Shown here one piece after another: positions 39,127 through 49,757 of a stretch of 64,000 nucleotides of DNA. The notes under the pieces are model-generated. The model did no database searches, was not told where the DNA came from, and worked only from the letters and a program-made list of their open reading frames with translations. The stretch is from Lama guanicoe. Lineage: Eukaryota. Where the stretch lies: positions 4,434,071 to 4,498,070 of the forward strand of contig MU053810.1 in NCBI GenBank assembly GCA_013239625.1. Direction: 5' to 3'. Every line of letters starts with the position of its first letter. Position 1 is the first letter of the stretch. The translations under genes were made by a program, and so were the position numbers.

Positions 39127-41655
39127 TTTTTTGTTGTTGTTTTTCAAGATGTTAAAAAAAATAAGTTTAATGTAGATGGCTCATTTCATAAAGAATTTCA
39201 CAGGCACTCAAGACACTGAGCAGCTTTGTGTCCGCACGGCCACAACCCCTCCACTCCAGCCCTGTGGACATGTGCCCACCTCACAGGGGGCCTCGGAGGA
39301 TCTGAGTCATGTGAGTCAATTAACACAAAACAAAGCTTTTAGGAAACAGCATGATTTAGTGCAAAAGATTCTCTGCAGCTCCGAGAAGTGGGGTCCACGT
39401 GAGCTGGCTCCAGGTGACTCAGACAGGCCCACCCCCGCCTCCTCCTCTGAGCAGTGGACGACTGACGGACACAAGCTGGCTACACGTTAAAGAGCACAGT
39501 TTACAGCCAAGTGTTTTTTGCTTTCTCTCCCTGATTTGGGTTTCCTTCCAGTGGCACGCAGCTGTCCCGACAGCTCCCCAGGCTGCAGGGCTACCTGGCC
39601 AGGCCGGGTTGAGGACTGGCTGAGGGTTGCCCCTGCCCGTGCCCAGGGGTTGTGGGAACACAACTTGGGGTGAAGCAGCATTGGCCTACCTGTCACCCCA
39701 GTGTGGGGCCCTTCATCCCACACATCCCTCTGCTGTCCCAGCACATCTTCAGAGTGCCTCTCACCTGCCCGCAAGGCCCACCACTGCCTTATCCCTGTCT
39801 GACAGAGAAGGCCAGGGTGGGCCATCTGGGTGAGACGCTGGCCCCCTGGCATGTTCTTCTCTCTACAACCAAAAGCCCCCCGGACCAGGGCTCCTTCCTG
39901 GCCCACATTCATGCCTACTTTTCACTCCCAGCTGCTCTAACTGCTGCCAGGGCAGGAACAAAGGGGCAGCGGGGCCCCTCAGTCAGAGATCCGGCCCTGG
40001 TGCACCCCTGACTCCAAGAGTGGCTTCTCTGCACTCGCGCCTTTTCTGTCTGCTCCCAACACACACGACTCAATCCTGGATGCTTCCTCAAGGGAAGGGA
40101 CTGAAAGCAGCCCCCAAAAGCCAGAAAGAAACTGAGGTGCCTCTTCAGAAATCCACACGTGAAGAGATGACAGCATCCTCAACAGACCTGGCCAGGAGGA
40201 CGACTGGTGTGCCCGGACCCTCCCCTGGGCAGGACCCTCCTCTGGGCTGGCCCCTGATCCAGGAACCTGCCAAGCAGACCAAGGTGACCCTGAAGCCGAG
40301 CCTGGGACTCAAGCGCCCATCGCCTCACAGGGTGACAGATGGAGAAGAATCTGTGGCTTGAACCCAGACCTGAATGGCCCAGGGCAGAGTGAGCAGCTTC
40401 GCGGCAGTGCAGTGCATCAGCTGGGGGAGACTGACACTTCCCTAAGGCTGGGGCATGGGTCAGGAGTGCACCTGAGGAGGCTGTGTGGCCAGGAGAACCG
40501 CCCTCCAGACTTGCACCTGGGCAGCACACCCCTCCCTGGGGACTCCCACACCATTGGTGACGCCAGTGTCCTGGAGAGGGGACAGGGACACAGGCCCTCC
40601 AAGTGTGGACTGAACCCATGGGCCACACCACACAGCATACCTTGGATAAGTGCGGCCTAAAACCACAAGCCGGGGGCCCGGGGGACACTGGGCCTAAAGC
40701 ACACACAGAAGGGTCCAGGCAAAAATCAGCAGGAGGGAGGGTGCCAGCGTCCCCTTCACAGAAAAGCGTCAGCCCTTTGCTCTCCGGGGCCAGAGACCTA
40801 GGCTGGGGGCGGGTCATGTCCACGGGAGGGAGCGGAACGGGCCCTGACCCAGTTGGCCAAGAGAAGACCACGCAGCAGGGACATCGACACCTGGTCACAA
40901 TAGTCCACCCCAGAGCCAGGCGTGGGCCCTCTCATCTCTCATGTCCACGAAGACCATGAAGCACCTGCCCAGCCCCCCAACCGGCAGCATGGTCACGTGG
41001 ATGCCCTGGACGAGCAGCTCCTGCAGGAGGCGGAAGTCCCCGTGCCCGCGGCCGAGCGGCACTGGCAGCACGGACACTTGAGCTGGGGGCGCAGCGGGAC
41101 GCGCACGCGCAGGCACTGCAGGCAGAAGCGGGCGGCCAGCGCGGCCGTGAAGAGGCTGCAGCTGAAGGCCGGCGGGAAGCCGACGAAGCCGCAGAGCCAG
41201 CGCGCCCGGATGTGCAGTGGACGTTGCTGCGCTGGGTGCGGGCCAGGCCGGAGGCGCGCGCCGCTCCACGAGCTGCGTGCAGGTAGGTGGTGCGCGGGCC
41301 GTGGAAGGAGCGCACCCGCCGGGGGGCGGGCCTGGCCGGCCTCGGCGCCAGCTCGCCGCGGTGGCGGCGTCCAGGCGGCGGTCAGCATAGGCGGTCTGGG
41401 CACCTGGGCCTGGGAGTCTGAGGCTGAGCCCCGGCGGAGGCGTGGGCCGGGTGCCCCCTCCGCGCCGGCGGCCCCCTGTCCCTCGGGGCTGCGGGAGCAG
41501 GGCGGCCGCTTGGGGCCGACGACGGAGCGGCCAGGGCACTCACACGTCCCCCCCCCCCCCCCCCCCGGGCCCCCCCCCCCCCCCCGGGGCCCCCCGCCCC
41601 GCGGCCCCCCCCCCCCAGAGACCGGCCTGGGGCTCCCTTGCCCGGCGGCCAGCCT
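39127..41655 (-). pseudogene. TMEM250: Processed pseudogene of TMEM250 (C9orf69); CDS homology 41342->40937, long 3'UTR, degenerate poly(A)
   Basis: Three minus-strand frames give RRVRSFHGP.TT.LHAA / RWL.GF..F...FSCSLFTAAL / DFRL..ELLV.GIHVTML.VGGLG.CFMVFVDM, matching the recalled TMEM250 protein. Both N-terminal ATGs are now AGG, there are two -1 frameshifts and a 12-nt deletion, and the stop is lost. Minus-strand ATTAAA at 39171-39166, A-rich tail at 39144-39127. The copy interrupts an L1 with a degenerate TSD (ttcttc-gagtttt / ctcctcgaggagttct). Confidence 0.92.
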
Positions 41656-41660
41656 CCTCG
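40900..41660. promoter_or_regulatory. CpG-island-like segment covering the CDS and 5'UTR of the TMEM250 retrocopy
   Basis: Extremely high GC, dense CpG and GGGCGG boxes; function untested. Confidence 0.65.
41548..41616 (-). repeat. Pure G/C low-complexity tract (C runs of 19, 16, 6, 4 and 12 on +); potential G-quadruplex on the minus strand
   Basis: 69 bp without A or T, read directly. Confidence 0.85.
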
Positions 41661-42300
41661 AGGAGTTCTATTGTGTCAGGTTTTACACGGAAGTCTTTAA
41701 TTCATTTTGAGTTTATCTTTGAGCATGATGTGAGAAAGCCGTCCATTCTGATTCTTTTGCACGTAGTTCTCCAGTTTTTCCAACACAATTTATTGAAGAG
41801 GCTGTCTTCTCCCCATTGTATACTCTTGCCTCTTTTGTCATAGATTAATTGACTGTGTTTAAGTGTGGGTTCTTTTCTGGGCTGTCTGTTCTCTTCCATT
41901 GATCTTTGTGTCTTTTTTTGGTGCCAGTACCATCCTGTTTTGATTACTGCAGTTTTACAGTATCGGGATCATGACACCTCCAGTTTTGTTCTTCGTTCCC
42001 AAGTTGTTTTTGCTGTTCAGGGTCTTTCGTGTTATCATACAAATTTAAGAATTGTTTGTTCTAGTTCTGTGAAGAATTCCATTGGCATTTTGATAGGGAT
42101 TATGTTGAATCCGTTGATTGCTCTGGGTAACATCGTTGTTTTAACAGTATTAATTATTTCAGTCCATGGGCACAGTGTATCTTTCCATCCGTTTGTGTCA
42201 TCTTCAATTTCTTTTTTCAGTATCTTATAGTTTTCCAAATACGGAACTTTAACCTCCTTAAATTTATTTCTAGATATTTTATTTTTCTTGATGTGGTCAT
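41656..42300 (-). mobile_element. LINE-1 ORF2 remnant, continuation of the interrupted L1 (5'-truncated)
   Basis: Minus ORFs QLIYDKRGKSIQWGEDSLFNKLCWKNW...KINSK and ENYKILKKEIEDDTNGWKD...IPIKMPMEFFTELEQTILKF match L1 ORF2p; the sequence resumes where the left L1 piece stops. Confidence 0.92.
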
Positions 42301-42551
42301 ATTGTGCTTTGACTTACGTTACCTTGTGTCCTTTTAAATTTTGTAACAGTAGTTTATTTATCTTGGATGTTGGATTCTTTGTGTAAAGTGTGACCCACAA
42401 ATAGGTATGGGTGTGGCATCTGGAGAAAAGATTTCATTTTTCAACTCCCTTTATAATGAGTGGTGGCCAGGCATTTAAGAGCACTGTCATTCTCTCATCA
42501 TCCAAGCTACAAACTCTGGTTCTTCTTTGACTTGTCTCACTCTTTCCACAC

Positions 42552-43165
42552 TGGATTCCACGTATGAGCTGTCTCATATGGTATTTTTCTAAGAAAGTAA
42601 ATCTTGAAAGTTCTCATCACAAGAAAAAAATTTTAGCTCTATATGGAGATGGATGGTAACTAGACTTATTGTGACTATCATTTTGCAGTGTGTACAATTA
42701 TACCTGAAACTAATATAATGTTACGTCAGTTATACCTCAATAAAAAGAGAACTCTTGCTCAAAGAAAAAAAAAAAGTATTTTCCTGCAACAACATGGAAA
42801 TAAGTCAGACAGAGGACAAATGCTATGTGTTTTTATTTATATGTGGAATCTAAAAAACAAAACAAATGAAGTAATATAATAAAGTCAGAGACTTACAGCT
42901 ATAGAGAACAAAATAGTGGTTACCAAAAGGAAGAGAGATGGAGGTTGGGGGCAGGGGAAGTAAGTGAAGGAAATTATGAGTTTTGTATAAATTACCAGTT
43001 ATAAAATAAGTAAGTCATAGGGATATAATGTACAGCACAGGGAATATAGACAATATGTTATAATAACTTTAAAAAGGTATGTAATCTATGAAGATACCAA
43101 TTCATTGTGTTGAACACCTGAAACTAGTAAAATATTGTAAGTCACCTATAATTCAATAAATTAAA
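42552..43165 (+). mobile_element. Cluster of LINE-1 3' end fragments (42589-42746 and ~42780-43165 on +; short inverted piece 42552-42590)
   Basis: ctaagaaagtaaatcttgaaagttctcatcacaag...acctgaaactaatataatg...tcaataaaaa; aataagtcagacagaggacaaatgc...atatgtggaatctaaaaa. Confidence 0.8.
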
Positions 43166-43204
43166 AAGTAAAAGTTAATTAATTACTTAAAAGAGGGAGC
43201 AAGA

Positions 43205-43470
43205 ACTTCTTTCTCCTTCCTCCTTCCTAGAATGCAGATTTAGTGAATGGAGCTTCAGCAGCCATTTTGTTCCATGAGGTAAATCGATTTGGAGTCTAAA
43301 AGCCAACTCTTGGATACCAGATTATAAAGACAAAAGAAAACTGTGTCCTGAGTATGTATCTCTTCCATTCAATGCCTATGAGCTGACTTCTTTTACATGA
43401 CAGAATAAAACCCATGTATAGTTTATGCTTCAGTTTTGGGGATGGTGAATCACTTACCTCTAGCTGAATA
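43205..43470 (+). mobile_element. ERVL/MaLR LTR fragment (LTR33-like)
   Basis: cctagaatgcagat...ggagcttcagcagccattttg...ccatgagg; family assignment tentative. Confidence 0.45.
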
Positions 43471-44379
43471 ATAAGCCAGAAAATAGATTCTCAATGAGTA
43501 TCTCAGCTTGTTTCACCTTTCTCTTATCAAGATTCTATGCCAAATGAACAACAGAATACATCTCAATCTGCTCTGATCAGTTTACATATTTTTCTGCCTA
43601 AATGTACAGGATAGGACCAAGTCCTCTTGAAAAGTTCCCATCAACTATTTTATCACCAGTATAAATATATATAGTATATCTTGTAATGTCTTGCCACATC
43701 AAATCTCTTAGCAATCAGAATCTTTTTCCTTTTAAAAGACCCTTGCCACTCACACAAGGGATGAAGAATATTGCTTAGTGTTGCAAAGGGGCAGAATAAT
43801 CCTGGCAAGTTGCTGGCTGCAATATCATTGCTAAGTTACTTTCTGCTTGTCATGGAGCTAGTAAAGTGAAAGAGAAAAAAATTAATGAACTATTAGTGGT
43901 TTGCATTACTTTGCAACATGGTAGGTGATGCAGTGGAGTTGCCCACACAGAGACAGGTCTGGGGGTCCACCTAGGTGGGGGTTCACCTAGGAGGGGGTTC
44001 AGAACACCCAGCAGGCATCTCAAGGCAGGGAAGCGGGGAAGAAGAGAAAGATGCTGTGGGAATTACTAGCCAGGAAGATTCCAGAAGACTGCAGGTGTCA
44101 GATTTGACCTCTTATTGTAAGGCAGACCATTTTACTTTACCCAGTAGCTGTGAGTGCCTGTGTAACCATAGGGATTGTTTATGATAGGAGGAAATCACAT
44201 GGCTTCAGAAAAACACTAACCTTGATTGAGGCAGGGACAGAAATGATAGGGCTACCTCAGAGCCAAAACTATTTTGGTGGCCAAAATCAGATAAAGCCAC
44301 CTGATAATCATGTTATTAGCTAGAATTCAATGACTGAAGGATTTTTAAGTTTAAAAATACATTGTAGGTGGGATAGTAA

Positions 44380-44720
44380 ATAAAAACTGGAGGGAAAAGA
44401 AAAAATGTGGTGCTTTTAGTTTTAAATGATATTAGCAAAATACATCTTAGAATTTACTACCCAGAAAGCCTAGCTTAAATCTGTTGTGAAATAGTTGAAC
44501 AAATATTAAGAGAAAAGAAACCTTTAAGCCAACGAAAGGTTAGAAAAATGAAGAGTTAAAAATCTTTTTTTTTTTTACTAGCATGATTGGTTTTTTATGG
44601 AATAATAAAACTAATGGACAAGGAGAATGCAATAGACATAATATATCTGAACTTTCAAGAAGCAGTTTTTGCCATGTCACTGAATTTTACCTGCTAAGTG
44701 AGTTCAAGATCTAAATATGT
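44380..44720 (+). mobile_element. Ancient CR1/L3 LINE reverse-transcriptase remnant
   Basis: 44455-44517 reads YYPESLA*ICCEIVEQILREK (cf. CR1 NYRPVSLTS..KI.EQI..) and 44608-44664 reads KLMDKENAIDIIYLNFQEA (cf. LVDKGNAVD.IYLDFSKAFD), in the correct order. Confidence 0.72.
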
Positions 44721-47639
44721 CCCCTAGATTAAAAAGCAGATGGAAATCTGGGTAATATCTAAGAATGAATGATGGGGGAGATTTGGGAAAGCAAAGAGCT
44801 TTCAAACTGGCTATAGCCTGAGTCTCACTTTTCATTGAAGCTGAAAATGGGGTCAACACAATGAAGAATAACAAAATAAACAAACAAAATGCCTCTGTAG
44901 GTATTTCAATTACTTAATGTCACCAGTGGGAAGAAACGTACCAACTCTTTGGCCTACCTTCCCAGTTGCCTTTTAAATGTTTCATTGCGATAACTACCTT
45001 GTTCCATGAAGCTAGTTGGGTTCATCAGTTTCTCACTAGAACTATGGTCTTTTTTTAAAAACACACTTGAGTTCACTGGATATATCACTGAGCAGATTTG
45101 CACTGATCCACAGCTTTGTAGTCTCTGGATGCCTCCCACTTTTTGTCAGTAATTCTCTGTATGCTGGAGAAAATCAGCCAGAAGGTGAATAGATGGAAAT
45201 TGGATGATGGAGTAAAAAGTAAGAAAGTAAGCTAAAGGAGATCTGAAATGAAAAGAAATCTAGATGGATGTTCAGGGGGAAATGAAGACTGCTGAAAAGG
45301 AGAGGAAAAAAAACTTAAAAGTTAAAGGAAGCATGATGAATGGGATGACTGATCCAGGAATAAATACAAAAAGAGCTAGGAATAAAAAGAAAATGATAAA
45401 AGATAGAGGAAGAACTGAGTAGCTGTCAAAGTGATCAAAGACAGCAATAGAGGGTTCGGTTTGAAAGCAATTTGGAATTGGTGACAACTGAAATATTCCG
45501 TTTGATCGTTGCTGACAATTCATGTATTTTTTTTCATTCATCATTTTTTACAAACTCATCAAGTGCAGAATGGCTTTGATGTAACTATGGATGAGAACTG
45601 AACTTTGGACAGTCTTATGGACCTGAGTTTGCACAAGAGAATTGTGGGTCATAATTTTCCTTGTCAGTGTTGGTAAATCAATTAATCTCTGTCTTCATAT
45701 AAAGATGAACTAGTGGTATATTGGTATCCATCCATCGTAGGAAAGTGAAGTATCAGCCCAGAGTTCAGAGCTCTCCTTTCTCCTTAGGTAAAATAGGATA
45801 TTCTGTGATTTTATTCATTGCCTTCAGGAAGCTAAAAAACAAAAAAGAAAGAAAGAAAAAGAGAGAGAGTAAAAACATGAAGATTCATTTTTTCCATTCA
45901 TTTTCCAGAAGTTTGCGTTCACTATTAATGATTGCTACGATTAGGCAATAAAAACATACAAATTTAAGATTGGCATCCCTTTCACAGTGAAATGGAAGTA
46001 TGTAATTATGTAGCTAGAGAAGAAATACACATGTAGATTGAGGCATTTTTATGCAAAGTCCTGATCAATAGCTTTTTTCCTGTTTTCCTGTGACTCCAGT
46101 AATGCAAATAGATTATAAACCTTTTTTGAAAAGTGTTATGGGAAATAACTCATTAATAAATGTGAAATGTTGCCAAATGGCATAGGTTTTAAGTGCCTAT
46201 TATGCCGGTAATGTTTCTGCATTGTAAATTTGAATTTTAAATTGTCAGGGGAAAAATAGTTATGTTAGAACAATGCAAGTTTTCGTTTCCTCAAAGTGCA
46301 TAGTAAAAGTCAGGTAATATGACAGCTAACCACCAAAACCTATTTTCAAATTATTTTTTCCAGGCATGACATGTTTTTAATACATTTTTCTTTATGCATT
46401 CTTTTAACTTAAATATTCAGATTTTTGTAGCTACAATGGGCATTGTATTAACATTTTTAGTGACACATTAATGTATGCCAAGAAGGATTGTGTTATGTGG
46501 TTTGTTTATACCAGTAGTTATTTTTGATGTTAGCTATTTGGTGCAAAATACAATTCTTACACGTTATGGGAACATAAACTTTATTGCGGTCTCATTATCA
46601 TGCAGAGGCCAAATATGAGCAAAAGAATAGCATCCTATATTAATCTTCCAAAGATTGGTTATGGGTAACCCCAGTAATTGTATTACAGTTTAATTAATAG
46701 AATAAGAAGGGAATAAATAGCTTCCCTTCTGCCTGATAAATGTAATTCTCTCATGGCAAAATATGTGCAGTGAAATCCAGCAAAGAAGTTCTGATGGAAT
46801 GGCTTTTTGTCTAGATCAGTAATGCAATCTTCTCTTCTATGCCCAAAAGAAAAAAAGCAAAACTCCATCCTAAGGCTGTATTTTAGTATTCATTTTGGGG
46901 GGAAAATACTTGCTTTTTCAACTTTAAAGAATTAGATCCCATTGAACTAGGGGGGAAAAGTATCTAAAATAGCTTAAATTGTTTTTTGATTTGGAAATGC
47001 AAAAAGTCATCACTGTCTATGGGTAAAGCGACCTTGGTTTCAATGAGCATGCCTGACATTTTTCTCCTTTGCACAAACACTTGTCCTTTGCTGATGGTAC
47101 TGTGGAAATTTCCCCTGGGCAAAACAAAATCAGAGGGGTGCATTCACGGAGAAAATATTCTGGATGGGGAGTCTGGTACCTTTGATGGTTCATTTCAGGT
47201 CAAATATGGGCATTTCCCTGCAACTTTAAGATTTTCTGACACATGCATCGGAAAAAAGCGAGTTATTACTACATCTACAGAGGTACTGTGAGTGGTAGGA
47301 TGTGTCTGAAGGTAAAACAAACTGCAGTGTCTTTCACTTACTTCCACAACAGTGTGCTCACCTCGAAGTCTCACACAAAGAACCTCACACGTCTGTGGCT
47401 GTTTGGTTCAGCTGGCCAGGAACAAAAAGCTTGACACACGGCTGACAACGACCTGCCTTCCTTCCCTGTGGGAGGCACGTGTTGCGTGCTGGCGATGGAG
47501 TAGTGACAAAGACAGACGGGGTCCCTGTTCTGGAGTTTCCCTCAAGTGGGTAGAAATGAAAAATTAACGCCCAAACAACCGAATGAGGTGACTTCAGATG
47601 ATCATTTCTGGGGGTGGAGTTGCTATGTTCCAACATACA

Positions 47640-48495
47640 TCTCAAGGCCATTCTCTTCCCTTGAACTTAAGTGGCACCATTTTCTCCCAGCCGACACCCA
47701 TCTCTCAACTGGTCTCCTCATTTTGACTCTTACCTTCTTCCCATCCTTCCACCACAGTGCAGCTAGGGAAATCCTTTTGAAAACATAAATCAGTTTGTAG
47801 ACATTCCCCTGCTTAACTTCATCCCCTAGTTTTGGCCTGCCCTTGGGAAACAGCCAAACCTCCACATCATTCCTGCAAGACCAGAGACATCATCTGATCT
47901 CTGCCTGTCTCTAACCCTCCCCACATGCCTACAGTGCCCCTCCAGTGTCCTTTCTGCTTTGAGGAACATATCATGTCTGTCTTTGAACTTGTAGATTTTT
48001 TTTTAATTTAATTTTATTATTATTTGAAGGGGGAGGGAGGTAATTAGGTTTATTTATGTATTTATTTTTTTATTGGTGGTACTGGGGATTGAACCGAGAA
48101 CTCATGCATGCTAAGCATGTGCTCCATCACTTGAGCTATACCCTCCCCACCTGAACTTACAGATCTTACAGTTCACTCCACAGCACCATCCTTCTCAGAT
48201 TCTGGCGTTCAGCTAATATGTCACCTTCTTAGAAAGGTCATCTCCGGCCACCTGACCTAGGACAGAATCCCCACCCAACTCAGCAGCTACTTACTCTACA
48301 GCATGTGTTTCTCCCCAAACACATCACAATCTGGAATTATCCTGTTTGTATGTTTTGTTTTTGAGTTTCCCCTTCCTCTCCATGAGTCCAGAGAGCTTGC
48401 CTATGTGATTCCAGCTCAGCACAGTGCCTAGCACGTCATAGCAGCTCAAGAAATATTTGTTAATGGACTGACTGACTGATCAGATTGATGAATGA
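47640..48495 (+). mobile_element. L2 LINE 3' fragment (hosts a vic-1 SINE)
   Basis: ...cagcacagtgcctagcacgtcatagcagctcaagaaatatttgttaatg. Confidence 0.65.
47997..48151 (-). mobile_element. Camelid tRNA-derived SINE (vic-1 type) inserted in an L2
   Basis: ggaggtaattagg...gtactggggattgaacc...catgcatgctaagcatg...gagctataccctcccc; TSD tgaacttgtagat / tgaacttacagat. Confidence 0.88.
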
Positions 48496-48979
48496 GAAAA
48501 ATAGCTACATTCGTGGGATCTAGAAAGCCAGATCAGCATTTGTCATTTAGGGAGAAGGAATTAAAACGTGAGCAAAATTTGGGATGGCTGGGGAGATTGG
48601 GGAAGTTAAAGCAGAGAGTTCAGAGTGGCAGGCAGTAATCGAATCAAGCAGCTCAGCTGTTCCGGAAAAAGTGCAGGCTGGCTTTGGGGTGAAAAGGCCA
48701 GGCCAAGCACTGTCCAGTAGGACGGATGACCTCACACTTGTTTACGGGTTGTTCTGGGGTTATTCTCTTCCTGCTCACATGGTGCGAGTTCTCACAGCGA
48801 AACCGCTTGCTCGCTGAGAACAGGAGCCCTGTCTTTCTCCAGTGGCTCCCAGTGTGGCCCCAGGACCACCACAGTGGCTCCCTGCTTCTTACATAAGCTC
48901 CCTAAGGACAGAGGTACTAAGTCCTGGGAGGGCACAGCTGCTGTCCTTCGGCTTTTTCTTTTCGGGTTGACGTCCCGTC

Positions 48980-49105
48980 TTCCTGTACAGCCCCAGCATT
49001 AGGCAGCCAGATGTCTGGATTCCTTGGGACTAAGGATGTTCCTGGATGCAGGACCTTCAGTTTTAAAACTAGGGAAGTCCCATTGGGGACAACTGAGTCA
49101 CCCTG
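48980..49105. mobile_element. hAT-Blackjack non-autonomous DNA transposon (MER94/MER81-like)
   Basis: gggactaaggatgttcctggatgcaggaccttcagttttaaaactagggaagtccc...gagtcaccct. Confidence 0.6.
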
Positions 49106-49539
49106 CCAAAAGGCCACCAGAAAGGCAGCATCCTGCATCCTTATCTTTTTCCTCAAGGTCTTAGTCCCAACAGCCTGCTCCAGCCACTTCCCGACTTGGA
49201 ATTAATCTTCATTATTTTTCCCTCCACTGATGGTTTTTCTGTACTTCTTGCTCTCAGCTCTGCGTCTCTGCCTTCCCTCCTGATGATGTCCGGGTTCTGC
49301 CTCTGACAGTACCATCCTTCACCACCCTTAAATGTACGATCTGATCTATTCTGGCCCCTGGGAGCTCGGGGACCCTCCCCACCCCAAGAAGCCCTCCTCC
49401 CACCTCTACTTTGGGAGAAATGGGAGAACATGGAGGGACATTCCTTAAATACAATTATAATGATATCTCTGACTACACAGCTCAGAAAAAAAAAATGCCT
49501 AAGTATTCATAATTATCTAGTAATGCTCTATCATATAGA

Positions 49540-49757
49540 AGGTGGGTCTGCAAGTTTTCCTATAAAGGGCTACAGTCATCTTTTAGGTTTTGTGAACCAC
49601 CCAGGCTCTGACATAACAACTCAGCTCTGCCACTGTAGCATGAAAGCAGCCATAGACAGTATGTGAACAAATGGGCGTGGCTGTTTTCCAAGAAAACTTT
49701 ATAAATAGTAGCAGAGGGCCTGATTCGGACCCTGGGCCACAGTCTGTGTATCCCCAA
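49540..49757. mobile_element. MER58A (hAT-Charlie) DNA transposon
   Basis: aactcagctctgccactgtagcatgaaagcagccatagacagtatgtgaacaaatgggcgtggctgttttccaagaaaactttat. Confidence 0.85.

Noticed and set aside
9827..41342. ADAR A-to-I editing of the template mRNAs as the cause of the G/C gain
   Set aside because: Editing gives only sense-strand A>G, but sense T>C, T>G and A>C changes are also abundant in both copies
40993..41403. Cys-rich ORF (FCLQC...KCPCCQC) as a RING-finger protein
   Set aside because: The cysteines come from the TMEM250 sequence, Y->C substitutions and a frameshift; there is no valid RING spacing
40179..41843. Long Arg/Pro/Gly/Ala-rich ORFs (e.g. 262 aa at 40922-41710 +, 239 aa and 214 aa -) as novel proteins
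   Set aside because: Stop codons are rare in very GC-rich DNA, most of these ORFs lack a true ATG start, and they are antisense or shifted frames of the TMEM250 retrocopy
43961..44001. 16-bp tandem repeat containing the palindrome ccacctaggtgg, as a CRISPR-like or structured element
   Set aside because: Only about 2.5 degenerate copies with no spacers; an ordinary local duplication
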